In this document: positions 18,117-26,951 of the stretch, piece by piece
Layout: each line of letters opens with the position of its first letter
Position numbering within the stretch: the first letter of the stretch is position 1
Source: Candidatus Eiseniibacteriota bacterium
GTDB lineage: Bacteria > Eisenbacteria > RBG-16-71-46 > DASYSL01
Reading direction: 5' to 3'
Assembly: GCA_046598045.1 (NCBI GenBank)
Contig: JBKJJJ010000215.1
Location: forward strand, 31,617 to 95,616
DNA length: 64,000 bases
Position numbers and translations under genes: made by a program
The notes under the pieces: model-generated
Database searches by the model: none
What the model was told of the DNA's origin: nothing
The model's input: the letters and a program-made list of their open reading frames with translations, nothing else

Positions 18117-20507
18117 GTGGGACGAAAGCTGTTGGGCTTCTCGATCGTGCTGCTGGCGCTCCTGACCATGCTCGGCATGTACGCCGCGTGGTCGGTGCGC
18201 GCCACCCTGCCGCCCGCAGAGGAGTCCCTCGCGCTCAAGGCGCCGCCGGGCCTCCCGGGCGGGACGGTCACGCTCGTGTACGACGCGCTCGGCGTGCCCA
18301 CGATCCAAGCCCACAATGAGATCGGCGTCGCGTTCGGTCAAGGCTGGGCGCATGCCCGGGACCGGCGCTTCCAGATGGAGCTCTACCGCCGAACCGCCCT
18401 CGGTCGCCTGTCGGAGTGGGTGGGCCCGGGGCTCCTGTCCTCCGACCGGCAGTTCCGTGCGTTCGGGTTCGCGGAGGTCGCCGACTCGGCCGTGGCCCGG
18501 CTCACGCCGGCGCGGCGCGCCCTGTTCGACGCCTACGCCGCGGGGGTCAACGCCTACGACGCGGGGCATCGACCCGCGCCCGAGTTCCTCGTGTTCGGCG
18601 CGCCGGCGCCGTGGAGCGCGCGCGACATCGTGCTCACGACCATGCTCATGCTCGAGGACCTGACCTGGGACCAGGCGGACGAGGAGCGAATCACCGAGCG
18701 CATGGACGCCACGCTTCCGCCCTCGGTGGTCGCGTTCCTGCGCCCCGTGACCACGCCGATCGACGAGCCGCTCGCCGCCGGACCGGCGCCCCCGGTCCCG
18801 CCCACGCCGACGCCAGCCGAGTTCGACACCCGCGCGCCGCGTGCGAGCGGGCCGAGGCCAGGCGGCAACGGGATCGACCAGCGGCTCGCGGTCGTGGTCG
18901 ACCGCCACGACAAGGGCAGCAACAACTGGGCGATCGCAGGCGCTCGCACGGCGAGCGGCCGGGCGCTGGTCGCAGGCGATCCCCACCTCTCGCTGCGCGT
19001 TCCCGTGATCTGGCACCGCCAGCGGCTCGAGGGGCCCGGGCTCGCCGTGACCGGGGTCACGCTGCCCGGCGTGCCCGGCGTGGTGTTCGGCAGCAACGGC
19101 CGGATCGCGTGGACCGGCACGAACGTCGAGGGCGACTTCGTGGACCTCGTGCGCTGCGTGCCACTCGCGTCCGACAGCAGCCGCTACGCCGGCCCGGCCG
19201 GGCCGGAGCGCTTCGGTGAGCGGCGCGAGGTGATCGCGGTGCGCGGCGCGCGCGCGGACACACTGCTCGTGCGCACGACGCGGTTCGGACCGGTGGTGGC
19301 GCGCTCGGCGCGCGGCGGGTGGCTCGCCGCGCAATGGATCGCGCTCGACCCGACGATGTACGACACGGACCTGTTCGGCCTCGATCGCGCCGGGAGCGCG
19401 CGCGAGTTCATCACGGCGCTCCTGGGCTATGGCGGCCCGCCGCTCAATTTCGTGGTCGGAGACACGAGCGGGACGATCGCGTGGCAGATCGGCGGCCGCG
19501 TCCCGCGCCGCACGGGCTACGACCCCGCTCGTCCGCGCGAGGCCGACGACGCCTCGGGCGGGTGGACGGGCTCGGATCCCGCGGACTCCGCGCTCGGCTC
19601 CTTCGCCCCCGGGGCGGGCTACGTTGCCACCTCGAACCAGCGCACGACGGGCGGCGCCGCGTGGTCGCGCCTGGCCGGCATGCCGGCGATGCCGTGGCGC
19701 GCCCACCGCGTCTCCTCCGTCCTCGCCGCCCGCACGGGCTGGACCGCAGCCGAATGCGCGCGGTTGCAGATCGACGTCGACGACGCGTTCCTGGGGACCA
19801 CGGCGCAGGCGCTCGCGCGCGCGCTCACGCCCGGGGCGGTGCGCGGCGACTCGACGCTCGAGGACGCGCGGCGCATCGTCGCCGCGTGGGAGCATCGCGC
19901 GGACACGACCTCGGTCGCGCACGCCTACCTGCGTTACGCGCGGGGCGAGCTGACGCGGCTCCTGGTCGAGCCTATGATCGCGCCGTGCCTTGCGGCGGAC
20001 AGCCTGTTCGAGTACGACTGGGCGCTGTCCGACGAGGTGGCGCGCCGGATGCTCCTGGAGCGACCGCTCCACCTGCTCGATCCGCGCTACGAGGATTACG
20101 ACGCGCTCGTGCGCGACGCCGCTCGCGGCGCCGCCCGGCTGCTGCGCGCGCGGGCTCCCGGAGCGCCCCTGGGCCGCATCGCGTGGGGCCGCGTCAATCG
20201 CGCCGACATCGCGCATCCGCTCGGGCTCGCCGTGCCCGCGCTCGGGCGCTGGCTGGACCTGCCGCGCGTCGCGCTCGCGGGCGGTTCGAATTGCGTGCGG
20301 GTCGCGCGGCCGCGCTCGGGCGCGTCCATGCGCATGGTGGCCGATCTCTCGGACCGGGCGCGTTCGACGTTCGCGCTGCCCGGCGGGCAGAGCGGGCACT
20401 TTCTCTCGCCCCACTACGCGGACGAGTTCCCGGACTGGGTGGCGGGCCGCACCACGCCGCTCGAGCCCGGCGCCCCCGCGCACCGGGTCACGCTCCAGCT
20501 TCGTTAG
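18117..20507 (+). CDS. Penicillin acylase / AHL acylase family Ntn hydrolase
   Basis: GTG start after GGAGG; 'DALGVPTIQA', 'GQGWAHARDRRFQM', autocleavage site 'GSNNWAI...GDPHL', 'PGGQSGH'. Confidence 0.93.
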   Translation: MGRKLLGFSIVLLALLTMLGMYAAWSVRATLPPAEESLALKAPPGLPGGTVTLVYDALGVPTIQAHNEIGVAFGQGWAHARDRRFQMELYRRTALGRLSEWVGPGLLSSDRQFRAFGFAEVADSAVARLTPARRALFDAYAAGVNAYDAGHRPAPEFLVFGAPAPWSARDIVLTTMLMLEDLTWDQADEERITERMDATLPPSVVAFLRPVTTPIDEPLAAGPAPPVPPTPTPAEFDTRAPRASGPRPGGNGIDQRLAVVVDRHDKGSNNWAIAGARTASGRALVAGDPHLSLRVPVIWHRQRLEGPGLAVTGVTLPGVPGVVFGSNGRIAWTGTNVEGDFVDLVRCVPLASDSSRYAGPAGPERFGERREVIAVRGARADTLLVRTTRFGPVVARSARGGWLAAQWIALDPTMYDTDLFGLDRAGSAREFITALLGYGGPPLNFVVGDTSGTIAWQIGGRVPRRTGYDPARPREADDASGGWTGSDPADSALGSFAPGAGYVATSNQRTTGGAAWSRLAGMPAMPWRAHRVSSVLAARTGWTAAECARLQIDVDDAFLGTTAQALARALTPGAVRGDSTLEDARRIVAAWEHRADTTSVAHAYLRYARGELTRLLVEPMIAPCLAADSLFEYDWALSDEVARRMLLERPLHLLDPRYEDYDALVRDAARGAARLLRARAPGAPLGRIAWGRVNRADIAHPLGLAVPALGRWLDLPRVALAGGSNCVRVARPRSGASMRMVADLSDRARSTFALPGGQSGHFLSPHYADEFPDWVAGRTTPLEPGAPAHRVTLQLR

Positions 20508-20517
20508 GCGGACCGCG

Positions 20518-22101
20518 TCAGGCGAAGGCGAGCAGCGTCGCGATCAGGAGTACGAGCGCGAACCAGCCAAGCGGATCGCCCGTCCCCGCGCCCGCCAGCA
20601 GCGGCCACAATTGCGCGAAAAAGAACCACACCAGCCATCCCGTCGGCAGCAGCAACTCGGCCGTCGACGCCCAGGCGCGCGGTCTGAGCGCCCGCGGCGA
20701 ACTGGGCTCGGGCCGCCAGTCCCCCTGGATCGCGGCGAGGATGCCGTCGAGCACGACCGCCTGGTCGAGGTACCCGAGGTGCGTGCTGAACGGGTTCGGC
20801 AGCGGCCCGCAGGCGACCGCGACGTTGCGCACCGGGGCGGCCATCGCGCGGTCATTCGGACTCTCGAGGCGACCAGCGACGAAGTCGGCCGGGTCGTAGT
20901 AGTTGTCCCACGCGAGCCCGCCGGGCCGCTCGTCGAACGGTGCGGCGCGCGTGTCGGAGCGCTGGGCCTCGAGCACGCGCGCAAACGTCGGGTCGTTCTT
21001 GTCGTCCATGAAGTGGAAGAATCGGATCTTGTCGACCGGCGAGCCGTAGGTCACCACCCGCGCCAGCTTGAGCAACGCAGGCTTCGACATCGGGCCACCG
21101 GCCGCGGCCTCGAGCGTGAGCGCGCGCAGCGCGTCCCACGCCACGACCGAGCCCAGGCTGTGCCCGACCAGCACCACGCGATCGCAATCGGGATCGTCGA
21201 GCGCGCGGCGCAGCGCGCCCATGGTCTCGGCGAGCACGGCCGCGTGCGCGCGGTGGCGCTCCGACGCCTCGGTGTAGGTCGCGTACACCTCGACGTCGCC
21301 GAGCGTGTTGACGAGCATGCGGGCGAACGGAAACGCGCCCAGCCAGGCGGCGAGCGTGGCGAGCGTCACCAGCAGCGCCCCGGCGCTGGTGGGTGGATGG
21401 AGCAGCCGCTGCGCCAGCCATGCCGCGGTCAGCGGGGTGGCGAGCAGCGCCGCCGCGAGCGCGAGCAGCAGTGGCGCCGCGCGCACGAGCGTGACCAGCA
21501 TGAGGGAGCGGAAGCGGGCGAGCCAGCGCCGGGCCGCGCGCTCCTTGGCCTCGAGCTCGGCCGGTCCGCCCGCGCCGCCCGCCGCCGAGTGGCGCCGCTC
21601 GAGGTCGGAAAGGAACGCGCCGAAGTGCCCGGCCGCGCCCCATCCCATGTGCGCGCGCGACTGCGCCGCGAACGCGAGGTAATCGTCGATCAGGCGGCGC
21701 TCGAGATCGTCGAGCCCGCTCCTGTCCTCCTGCAACGCGGTGATCTTGAGTTCGGGGTGGCTCGACCAGCGCGCGGCAAGGTAGCGGAGCGGACGCAGGC
21801 CCCGGCCGCGCAACCAGCGCACGAGCGACCGGAAGTTCGTCTGCCCGGCCACCAGCGGAGCCCAGTACGCGTCGTGGAAGACGACCCGCCGCCCGGCGAG
21901 CTCGGCGGTGAGCATGGCGCGCGCCCGCGGTGCGGACGGCCCGTCGTCGCGCCACGCGAGTCCGACCCCGGGGTCGGGCGCGCCCGCATGCCAGGCCAGG
22001 CGCGTCGCGAGTTGCGCGGCATCGGCATAGCGACGCTGCTCGCCCATGCCGTGCACGAACACGACCGCGACGGATTTCGGGGGCGTCCCGGGCGTATCCA
22101 T
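20518..22101 (-). CDS. Membrane-associated alpha/beta hydrolase (lipase-like)
   Basis: 'VFVHGMGEQ', nucleophile 'GHSLG', 'TYGSP', 'DPADFV', 'STHLGY'; several TM segments. Confidence 0.75.
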   Translation of the reverse strand: MDTPGTPPKSVAVVFVHGMGEQRRYADAAQLATRLAWHAGAPDPGVGLAWRDDGPSAPRARAMLTAELAGRRVVFHDAYWAPLVAGQTNFRSLVRWLRGRGLRPLRYLAARWSSHPELKITALQEDRSGLDDLERRLIDDYLAFAAQSRAHMGWGAAGHFGAFLSDLERRHSAAGGAGGPAELEAKERAARRWLARFRSLMLVTLVRAAPLLLALAAALLATPLTAAWLAQRLLHPPTSAGALLVTLATLAAWLGAFPFARMLVNTLGDVEVYATYTEASERHRAHAAVLAETMGALRRALDDPDCDRVVLVGHSLGSVVAWDALRALTLEAAAGGPMSKPALLKLARVVTYGSPVDKIRFFHFMDDKNDPTFARVLEAQRSDTRAAPFDERPGGLAWDNYYDPADFVAGRLESPNDRAMAAPVRNVAVACGPLPNPFSTHLGYLDQAVVLDGILAAIQGDWRPEPSSPRALRPRAWASTAELLLPTGWLVWFFFAQLWPLLAGAGTGDPLGWFALVLLIATLLAFA

Positions 22102-22224
22102 CCGCCGGTGGTACTCCGCCCGGAGTGCCGCGTCAATCCCCTCCTCCGGGGGCGCGGGGCAGGCGGACGGGACTTTGTGCTAGATTTCATCCCCGGGGCC
22201 GCCCTTGCGGCCGCACGGAGGTCC

Positions 22225-23655
22225 ATGAACCGTCGCACCAAGATCGTCTGCACCCTCGGCCCGGCCACATCCTCGCGCGAAAGGATCGAAGAACTCGTGC
22301 GCGCGGGCATGGATGTGGCCCGCCTGAACCTGTCCCACGGCACCCACGACGACCATCGCGCCGTCTACAACCACCTGCGGGACGTCTCCGACTCGACCGG
22401 CCGGGCCATCGGGATCCTGCTCGACCTGCAGGGGCCCAAGATCCGCCTCGGCGAGTTCGCCGGCGGCGAGGCCGAGCTCGAGCCCGGTGCGACGTTCACC
22501 ATCACCACCCGCAGCGACGAGGCCGAGCACGGCAACGCGCGGCTGGCCGCGACCACCTATGCCGACCTCGCGCGCGACGTGAAGCCGGGCGATGCGCTGC
22601 TGATCGACGACGGCAACATCCGCCTCGAGGTCCTCGAGACCGATGGCGTGCGGGTCACCACGCGCGTGGTCGAGGGCGGGCCGGTCAAGGACCACAAGGG
22701 CATCAACCTGCCGGGCGCGAACGTGTCCGCGCCCGCGCTCTCCGACAAGGACAAGGCCGATCTCGAGTTCGGGCTCTCGCTGCGCGTCGACCTGGTCGCG
22801 CTCTCGTTCGTGCGCCGGCCGGAGGACGTGATCGAGGTGCGCGAGTTCATGGCCGCCCGCGGCGCGGAGCTGCCGATCATCGTCAAGCTCGAGAAACCCG
22901 AGGCGGTGGTGCGCCTGCGCGAGATCCTCGAGGTCGCGGACGCGCTGATGGTCGCGCGCGGCGACCTCGGCGTGGAGATGCCGCTCGAGCGCGTGCCCGC
23001 GATCCAGAAGCAGTCGATCCTGCTCGCACGCCGCATGGGCAAGCCGGTGATCGTCGCCACCCAGATGCTCGAGTCCATGATCGAGCACTCGCGCCCGACG
23101 CGCGCCGAGGCGTCGGACGTGGCGAACGCGATCCTCGACGGCGCGGACGCGGTCATGCTCTCGGGCGAGACCAGCGTCGGCGAGCACCCGATCGAGGCCG
23201 TGCGCGTGATGTCGCGCATCATCGACGCCACCGAGTCGGGTGCGGTCGAGGCCCTGCGCGACCGGCGCCAGCCGCCGGCGACGACCAAGCAGGAGGCGGT
23301 CGCCGAGTCCGCGGTGCGCGCGGCCCAGGAGCTGCAGGCCGCGGCGGTCGCGGTGTTCACGCAGACCGGGGTCGCGGTGCGCCTGGTCGCGAAGTACCGG
23401 CCCGGCCCGCCGCTGCTCGCGTTCACCACCGAGTCCGCGGTGCGCAGCCAGCTCACGTTGGTGTGGGGGGCGGAGACGTTCGTCGTGCCCACGGTCGGCC
23501 ACACCGACGAGATGGTGCGGCAGGTCGAGCGCGCGTTGATCGACCTCGGGCGGGCGAAGGAGGGCGACCTCGTGGTGATCGTCGCCGGCACGCCGCCGGG
23601 TCGCCGCGGGACCACGAACATGATGAAGATCCACCGGCTCGGCGAACCGAGCTAG
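22225..23655 (+). CDS. pyk: Pyruvate kinase
   Basis: 'RRTKIVCTLGPAT', 'DLQGPKIR', 'MVARGDLGVE', 'ATQMLESM', 'PTRAEASDVANA'; GGAGG RBS. Confidence 0.97.
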   Translation: MNRRTKIVCTLGPATSSRERIEELVRAGMDVARLNLSHGTHDDHRAVYNHLRDVSDSTGRAIGILLDLQGPKIRLGEFAGGEAELEPGATFTITTRSDEAEHGNARLAATTYADLARDVKPGDALLIDDGNIRLEVLETDGVRVTTRVVEGGPVKDHKGINLPGANVSAPALSDKDKADLEFGLSLRVDLVALSFVRRPEDVIEVREFMAARGAELPIIVKLEKPEAVVRLREILEVADALMVARGDLGVEMPLERVPAIQKQSILLARRMGKPVIVATQMLESMIEHSRPTRAEASDVANAILDGADAVMLSGETSVGEHPIEAVRVMSRIIDATESGAVEALRDRRQPPATTKQEAVAESAVRAAQELQAAAVAVFTQTGVAVRLVAKYRPGPPLLAFTTESAVRSQLTLVWGAETFVVPTVGHTDEMVRQVERALIDLGRAKEGDLVVIVAGTPPGRRGTTNMMKIHRLGEPS

Positions 23656-23677
23656 CATCCCAGTCCCCGGAGGAACC

Positions 23678-24403
23678 ATGGCGCGCTTTCCGGTTTCGCT
23701 CCAGCGTCGCGAGGAGATCGCGGCCGGCACGTGGGCGTTCACGTTCGGACTCGAGGGGCGCGAGTTCTGGTTCAACCCGGGCCAGGCGATCGACCTGTTC
23801 CTGATCGATCCGCCGCACCCCGATCCGCGCGGCGCGCAGCACGCGTTCAGCATTGCGGGCACGGCCGGGCCGGGCGCGATCCAGATCGCGACCCGCATCC
23901 GCGAGAGCGTGTGGAAGCAGAACCTGCTCGAGATGCCGCTCGGCACGAAGCTCGAGGCCGACGGTCCCTGGGGCGAGTTCACGCTACCGGGCGAGCCGGG
24001 GGACATCGTCATGCTCGCGGGCGGGATCGGCATCACCCCGTTCCGCGCGATGGCGCAGGACGCGACCGCGCGCTCGCTGCCGCACGAGCTCTCGCTCATC
24101 CATGCGAACCGCACGCCCGAGGAGACGCCGTTCCTCGCCGAACTGAGGCGCTGGACGACCGCGCATCACCGCTTCACCTACCTGCCGACCATGACCCGGA
24201 TGGAGGAGTCGCGCGCCCCGTGGGTGGGGGCCCTGGGCCGCATCGACGCCGCGTTCCTCAACGATGTGCTGGACGACGCGCGGAACGAAGCGCGCTACAT
24301 GGTGGCCGGGCCGGCGGCGTTCGTTGCGGCGGTCGTCGCCGCGCTGGGCGAGGTGGGCGTCGCGCCGGAGCGGATCCAGTCCGAGGACTTCCCCGGGTAC
24401 TGA
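23678..24403 (+). CDS. FAD/NAD(P)-binding oxidoreductase (ferredoxin-NADP reductase family)
   Basis: 'PGQ', 'HAFSIA', 'GPWGEF', 'LAGGIGITPF', C-terminal 'EDFPGY'. Confidence 0.88.
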   Translation: MARFPVSLQRREEIAAGTWAFTFGLEGREFWFNPGQAIDLFLIDPPHPDPRGAQHAFSIAGTAGPGAIQIATRIRESVWKQNLLEMPLGTKLEADGPWGEFTLPGEPGDIVMLAGGIGITPFRAMAQDATARSLPHELSLIHANRTPEETPFLAELRRWTTAHHRFTYLPTMTRMEESRAPWVGALGRIDAAFLNDVLDDARNEARYMVAGPAAFVAAVVAALGEVGVAPERIQSEDFPGY

Positions 24404-24417
24404 CCCGACAATGAACA

Positions 24418-24446
24418 TTGAACCGGAGAGACTCGGGGAATACGCT
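24418..24446 (+). promoter_or_regulatory. Putative sigma-70 promoter of the DUF4160/DUF2442 pair
   Basis: TTGAAC-N17-TACGCT, ending 40 nt upstream of the GTG start. Confidence 0.5.
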
Positions 24447-24486
24447 GAAAGCGCCCCGTGTAGAAACGCTCCCGGGGAGGGGCTCC

Positions 24487-24747
24487 GTGCCCCGAATTTC
24501 CGAGTTCTACGGAATCATCATCGCCATGTACTTTGCAGACCACGCCCCGCCGCACTTCCACGCCATTTACGGTGAGTACCGGGCTGCGATTCGAATCTCC
24601 GATCTCGGACTACAGGCACGGAGGTTGCCCATGAACGCGCTTCGCCTGGTCCGGGAATGGGCGGCACTTCACCGCGAGGAGCTGAACGACAACTGGTACC
24701 GGGCCGGAATCGGGGAGCCTCTTCGCAGAATCGATCCCCTGTCATGA
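24487..24747 (+). CDS. DUF4160 family protein (putative toxin)
   Basis: 'MPRISEFYGIIIAMYFADHAPPHFHAIYGEY...VREWAALHREEL..NW'; GGAGG RBS. Confidence 0.88.
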   Translation: MPRISEFYGIIIAMYFADHAPPHFHAIYGEYRAAIRISDLGLQARRLPMNALRLVREWAALHREELNDNWYRAGIGEPLRRIDPLS

Positions 24748-25019
24748 GTGCCGCAAAACAACCGGGTATCATGCGGGTCGTCGATGTGGCGGTTGCGGGG
24801 CCGCACGCTTTGCGTCTCCGTTTCGACGACGGCCTCGAGGGCGAAGTCGATCTGCGCTCCCACCTCATCGGCCCGGTGTTCGTCCCGCTCCGGGAGAGCG
24901 CCTACTTCGCGCGCGTACGGCTCGATGAACGCTGCGGCACAGTCGTGTGGCCCAACGAAGCGGACTTCGCCCCGGAATTCCTGCACGACCTCGTGCGCAA
25001 GAACTCCGCTTCGGGCTAG
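24744..25019 (+). CDS. DUF2442 family protein (putative antitoxin)
   Basis: ATGA overlap; 'LRLRFDDGLEGEVDL...GPVF.PL....F..V....GTVVWPNEADFAPEFL'. Confidence 0.88.
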   Translation: MSAAKQPGIMRVVDVAVAGPHALRLRFDDGLEGEVDLRSHLIGPVFVPLRESAYFARVRLDERCGTVVWPNEADFAPEFLHDLVRKNSASG

Positions 25020-25090
25020 GTTCCCGCGCGAAGGCGCTCCGCGAATTCCACCCGGTCGGCGCTGCCGATAGAGGACGAGCCGTTTACCGG

Positions 25091-25987
25091 CTACTTTTCG
25101 GTGACGGCGTGACCGCCGAACTCGTTGCGCAGCGCGGCCAGGACCTTGCCCGCGAATGAGTCGTCCTGGCGCGAGCGGAAGCGCATCTGCAGCGAGAGCG
25201 CGAGCACCGGCATCGGGACCGCGCGGTCGATCGACTCGGCGAGCGTCCAGCGGCCCTCGCCCGAGTCCTGCACCACGCCCTTGAGCTGCGCCAGGTCCGG
25301 GTCCTTCTTGAACGCGCGGCCCGCGAGCTCGAGCAGCCACGAGCGCACGACCGAGCCCTGCATCCACAGGTCCGACAGGTCGGACAGGTCGTACTGGTAA
25401 TCGCTCGCGCGCAGAATCTCGAAGCCCTCGGCGTAGGCCTGCATCATGCCGTACTCGATCGCGTTGTGGACCATCTTCGAGTAGTGGCCGGCGCCTGACG
25501 GCCCGAGCCAGCGGTAGCCGCTCGGCGGGGCGAGGGTCTTGAGCGCGGGCTCGACGAGGTCGAACGCCGCGCGCTCGCCGCCGAGCATCATGCAGTAGCC
25601 CTCGGTCAGTCCCCAAACCCCGCCGGAGGTTCCCTGGTCGAGGAAGCGCAGCCCCTTCGCGGCCATCATCGCGGCGCGGCGGACCGAATCTTTGTAGTAG
25701 GAGTTGCCGCCGTCGACGATCACGTCCCCGGGCGAACAGGCGGCGAGGAGCTGGTTGAGCACCTGCTCGGTGGCATCCCCGGCCGGCACCATCAGCCAGA
25801 TCGCGCGCGGGGCCTCGAGCTTCGCGACCAGCGCGGGGACGTCCGGCGCGCCCTCGCCGCCGTGCGACTCGAGGTCCCGGATCGAGTCCGCGTCGCGCGC
25901 CGTGCCGACCACCGCGTGGCCCCCGCGCAGGAGCCGCGTGGCCATGTTGCCGCCCATCTTGCCGAGACCGATCATGCCGACGCGCAT
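25091..25987 (-). CDS. gnd: 6-phosphogluconate dehydrogenase, decarboxylating (short form)
   Basis: 'IGLGKMG', 'DGGNSYY', 'GTSGGVWG', 'GAGHYSKMVHNAIEYG', 'DSGEGRWT', 'LRNEFGGH'. Confidence 0.95.
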   Translation of the reverse strand: MRVGMIGLGKMGGNMATRLLRGGHAVVGTARDADSIRDLESHGGEGAPDVPALVAKLEAPRAIWLMVPAGDATEQVLNQLLAACSPGDVIVDGGNSYYKDSVRRAAMMAAKGLRFLDQGTSGGVWGLTEGYCMMLGGERAAFDLVEPALKTLAPPSGYRWLGPSGAGHYSKMVHNAIEYGMMQAYAEGFEILRASDYQYDLSDLSDLWMQGSVVRSWLLELAGRAFKKDPDLAQLKGVVQDSGEGRWTLAESIDRAVPMPVLALSLQMRFRSRQDDSFAGKVLAALRNEFGGHAVTEK

Positions 25988-26077
25988 CAGGAGACTCCGG
26001 GAAGGGGAAACGCCGCGCCCCGGGACGGGGCCGGCCCGCGGGCAGAATACCGCAATCTGCGGTATCCTGCGGCCCGT

Positions 26078-26932
26078 ATGGATACCGGGGGGACACCGCT
26101 GACTGACGGCTTCGTGGGCGAAGAGGTCGCGCGCCGTTTCGAGGCGCTCGACGCCGATTATGCCGCCCGCATGGTGACGCTGCGCGCGGTGATGGCGCCC
26201 GAGGGCGGCGCCGAGGCGCTCGTCGTCGGCGGCGCGACCTGCGCCTGGTTCGCCCCCGAGTCCGTGCTGTCGCACGTCTACGGTCTCGGCCTCTTCGCCG
26301 AGGCGACCGACTCCGACCTCGAGGCGATCGAGGCGTTCTATCGCTCCAAGGGCGATGCCCGCCTGCAGGTCGAACTCTGCCCGTTCGCACGCACGTCCAC
26401 GCTCCAGCGTCTCGGCGCGCGTGGCTACTTCGTGACCGGGTTCGAGCACGTCCTGGCGCGGCCGCTCCGCCTGCCCCTGTCTGCCGCGCCTGCCGGGAGC
26501 GACGCGCGCATCACCGTGCGCGCCGTGGACGCGCGCTCGGAGACGGCGCGGGCGGAGTGGTCGCAGCTCGCCGGCGAGGCGTTCTTCGCGCCCGACCTCG
26601 TGCCGCGTTCGCTCGAGGGCGTGTTCGAGGTGACGCCGCAGCTCCCGGACACGACCGTCTTTTTCGCGGACGTGGACGGGCGCCCGGCCGCGGTCGCGGG
26701 GTTGACGGTTTCCGCGGGGATCGGAGTCCTGTTCGCCGCGGCGACCCTGCGCGCGGCGCGGCGCCTGGGGGCACAAGGGGCGCTGCTCAAGGCCCGTCTC
26801 GAGGCCGCCGCGGCCGCGGGAGCCGCGTGGGCCACCGCCGGGGCGACCCCCGGCAGCGGGTCCCATCACAATATGGAACGCCAAGGATTTCGGGTGGCGT
26901 ACACTCGGGCCGTCCTCTTGAAACGTCTCTGA
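26078..26932 (+). CDS. GNAT-family acetyltransferase-like protein
   Basis: C-terminal 'AATLRAARRLGAQGALL..RL...SHHNMERQGF' acetyl-CoA-binding motif. Confidence 0.75.
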   Translation: MDTGGTPLTDGFVGEEVARRFEALDADYAARMVTLRAVMAPEGGAEALVVGGATCAWFAPESVLSHVYGLGLFAEATDSDLEAIEAFYRSKGDARLQVELCPFARTSTLQRLGARGYFVTGFEHVLARPLRLPLSAAPAGSDARITVRAVDARSETARAEWSQLAGEAFFAPDLVPRSLEGVFEVTPQLPDTTVFFADVDGRPAAVAGLTVSAGIGVLFAAATLRAARRLGAQGALLKARLEAAAAAGAAWATAGATPGSGSHHNMERQGFRVAYTRAVLLKRL

Positions 26933-26951
26933 GTTCGCGGAGGAGCCGACG

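Noticed and set aside
16104-23655. Apparent giant proteins from the ORF track (1467 aa, 1292 aa, 1221 aa)
   Set aside because: Upstream open-frame extensions; the real starts are 18117 (acylase), 17912 (secreted protein) and 22225 (pyk), supported by RBS or signal peptides
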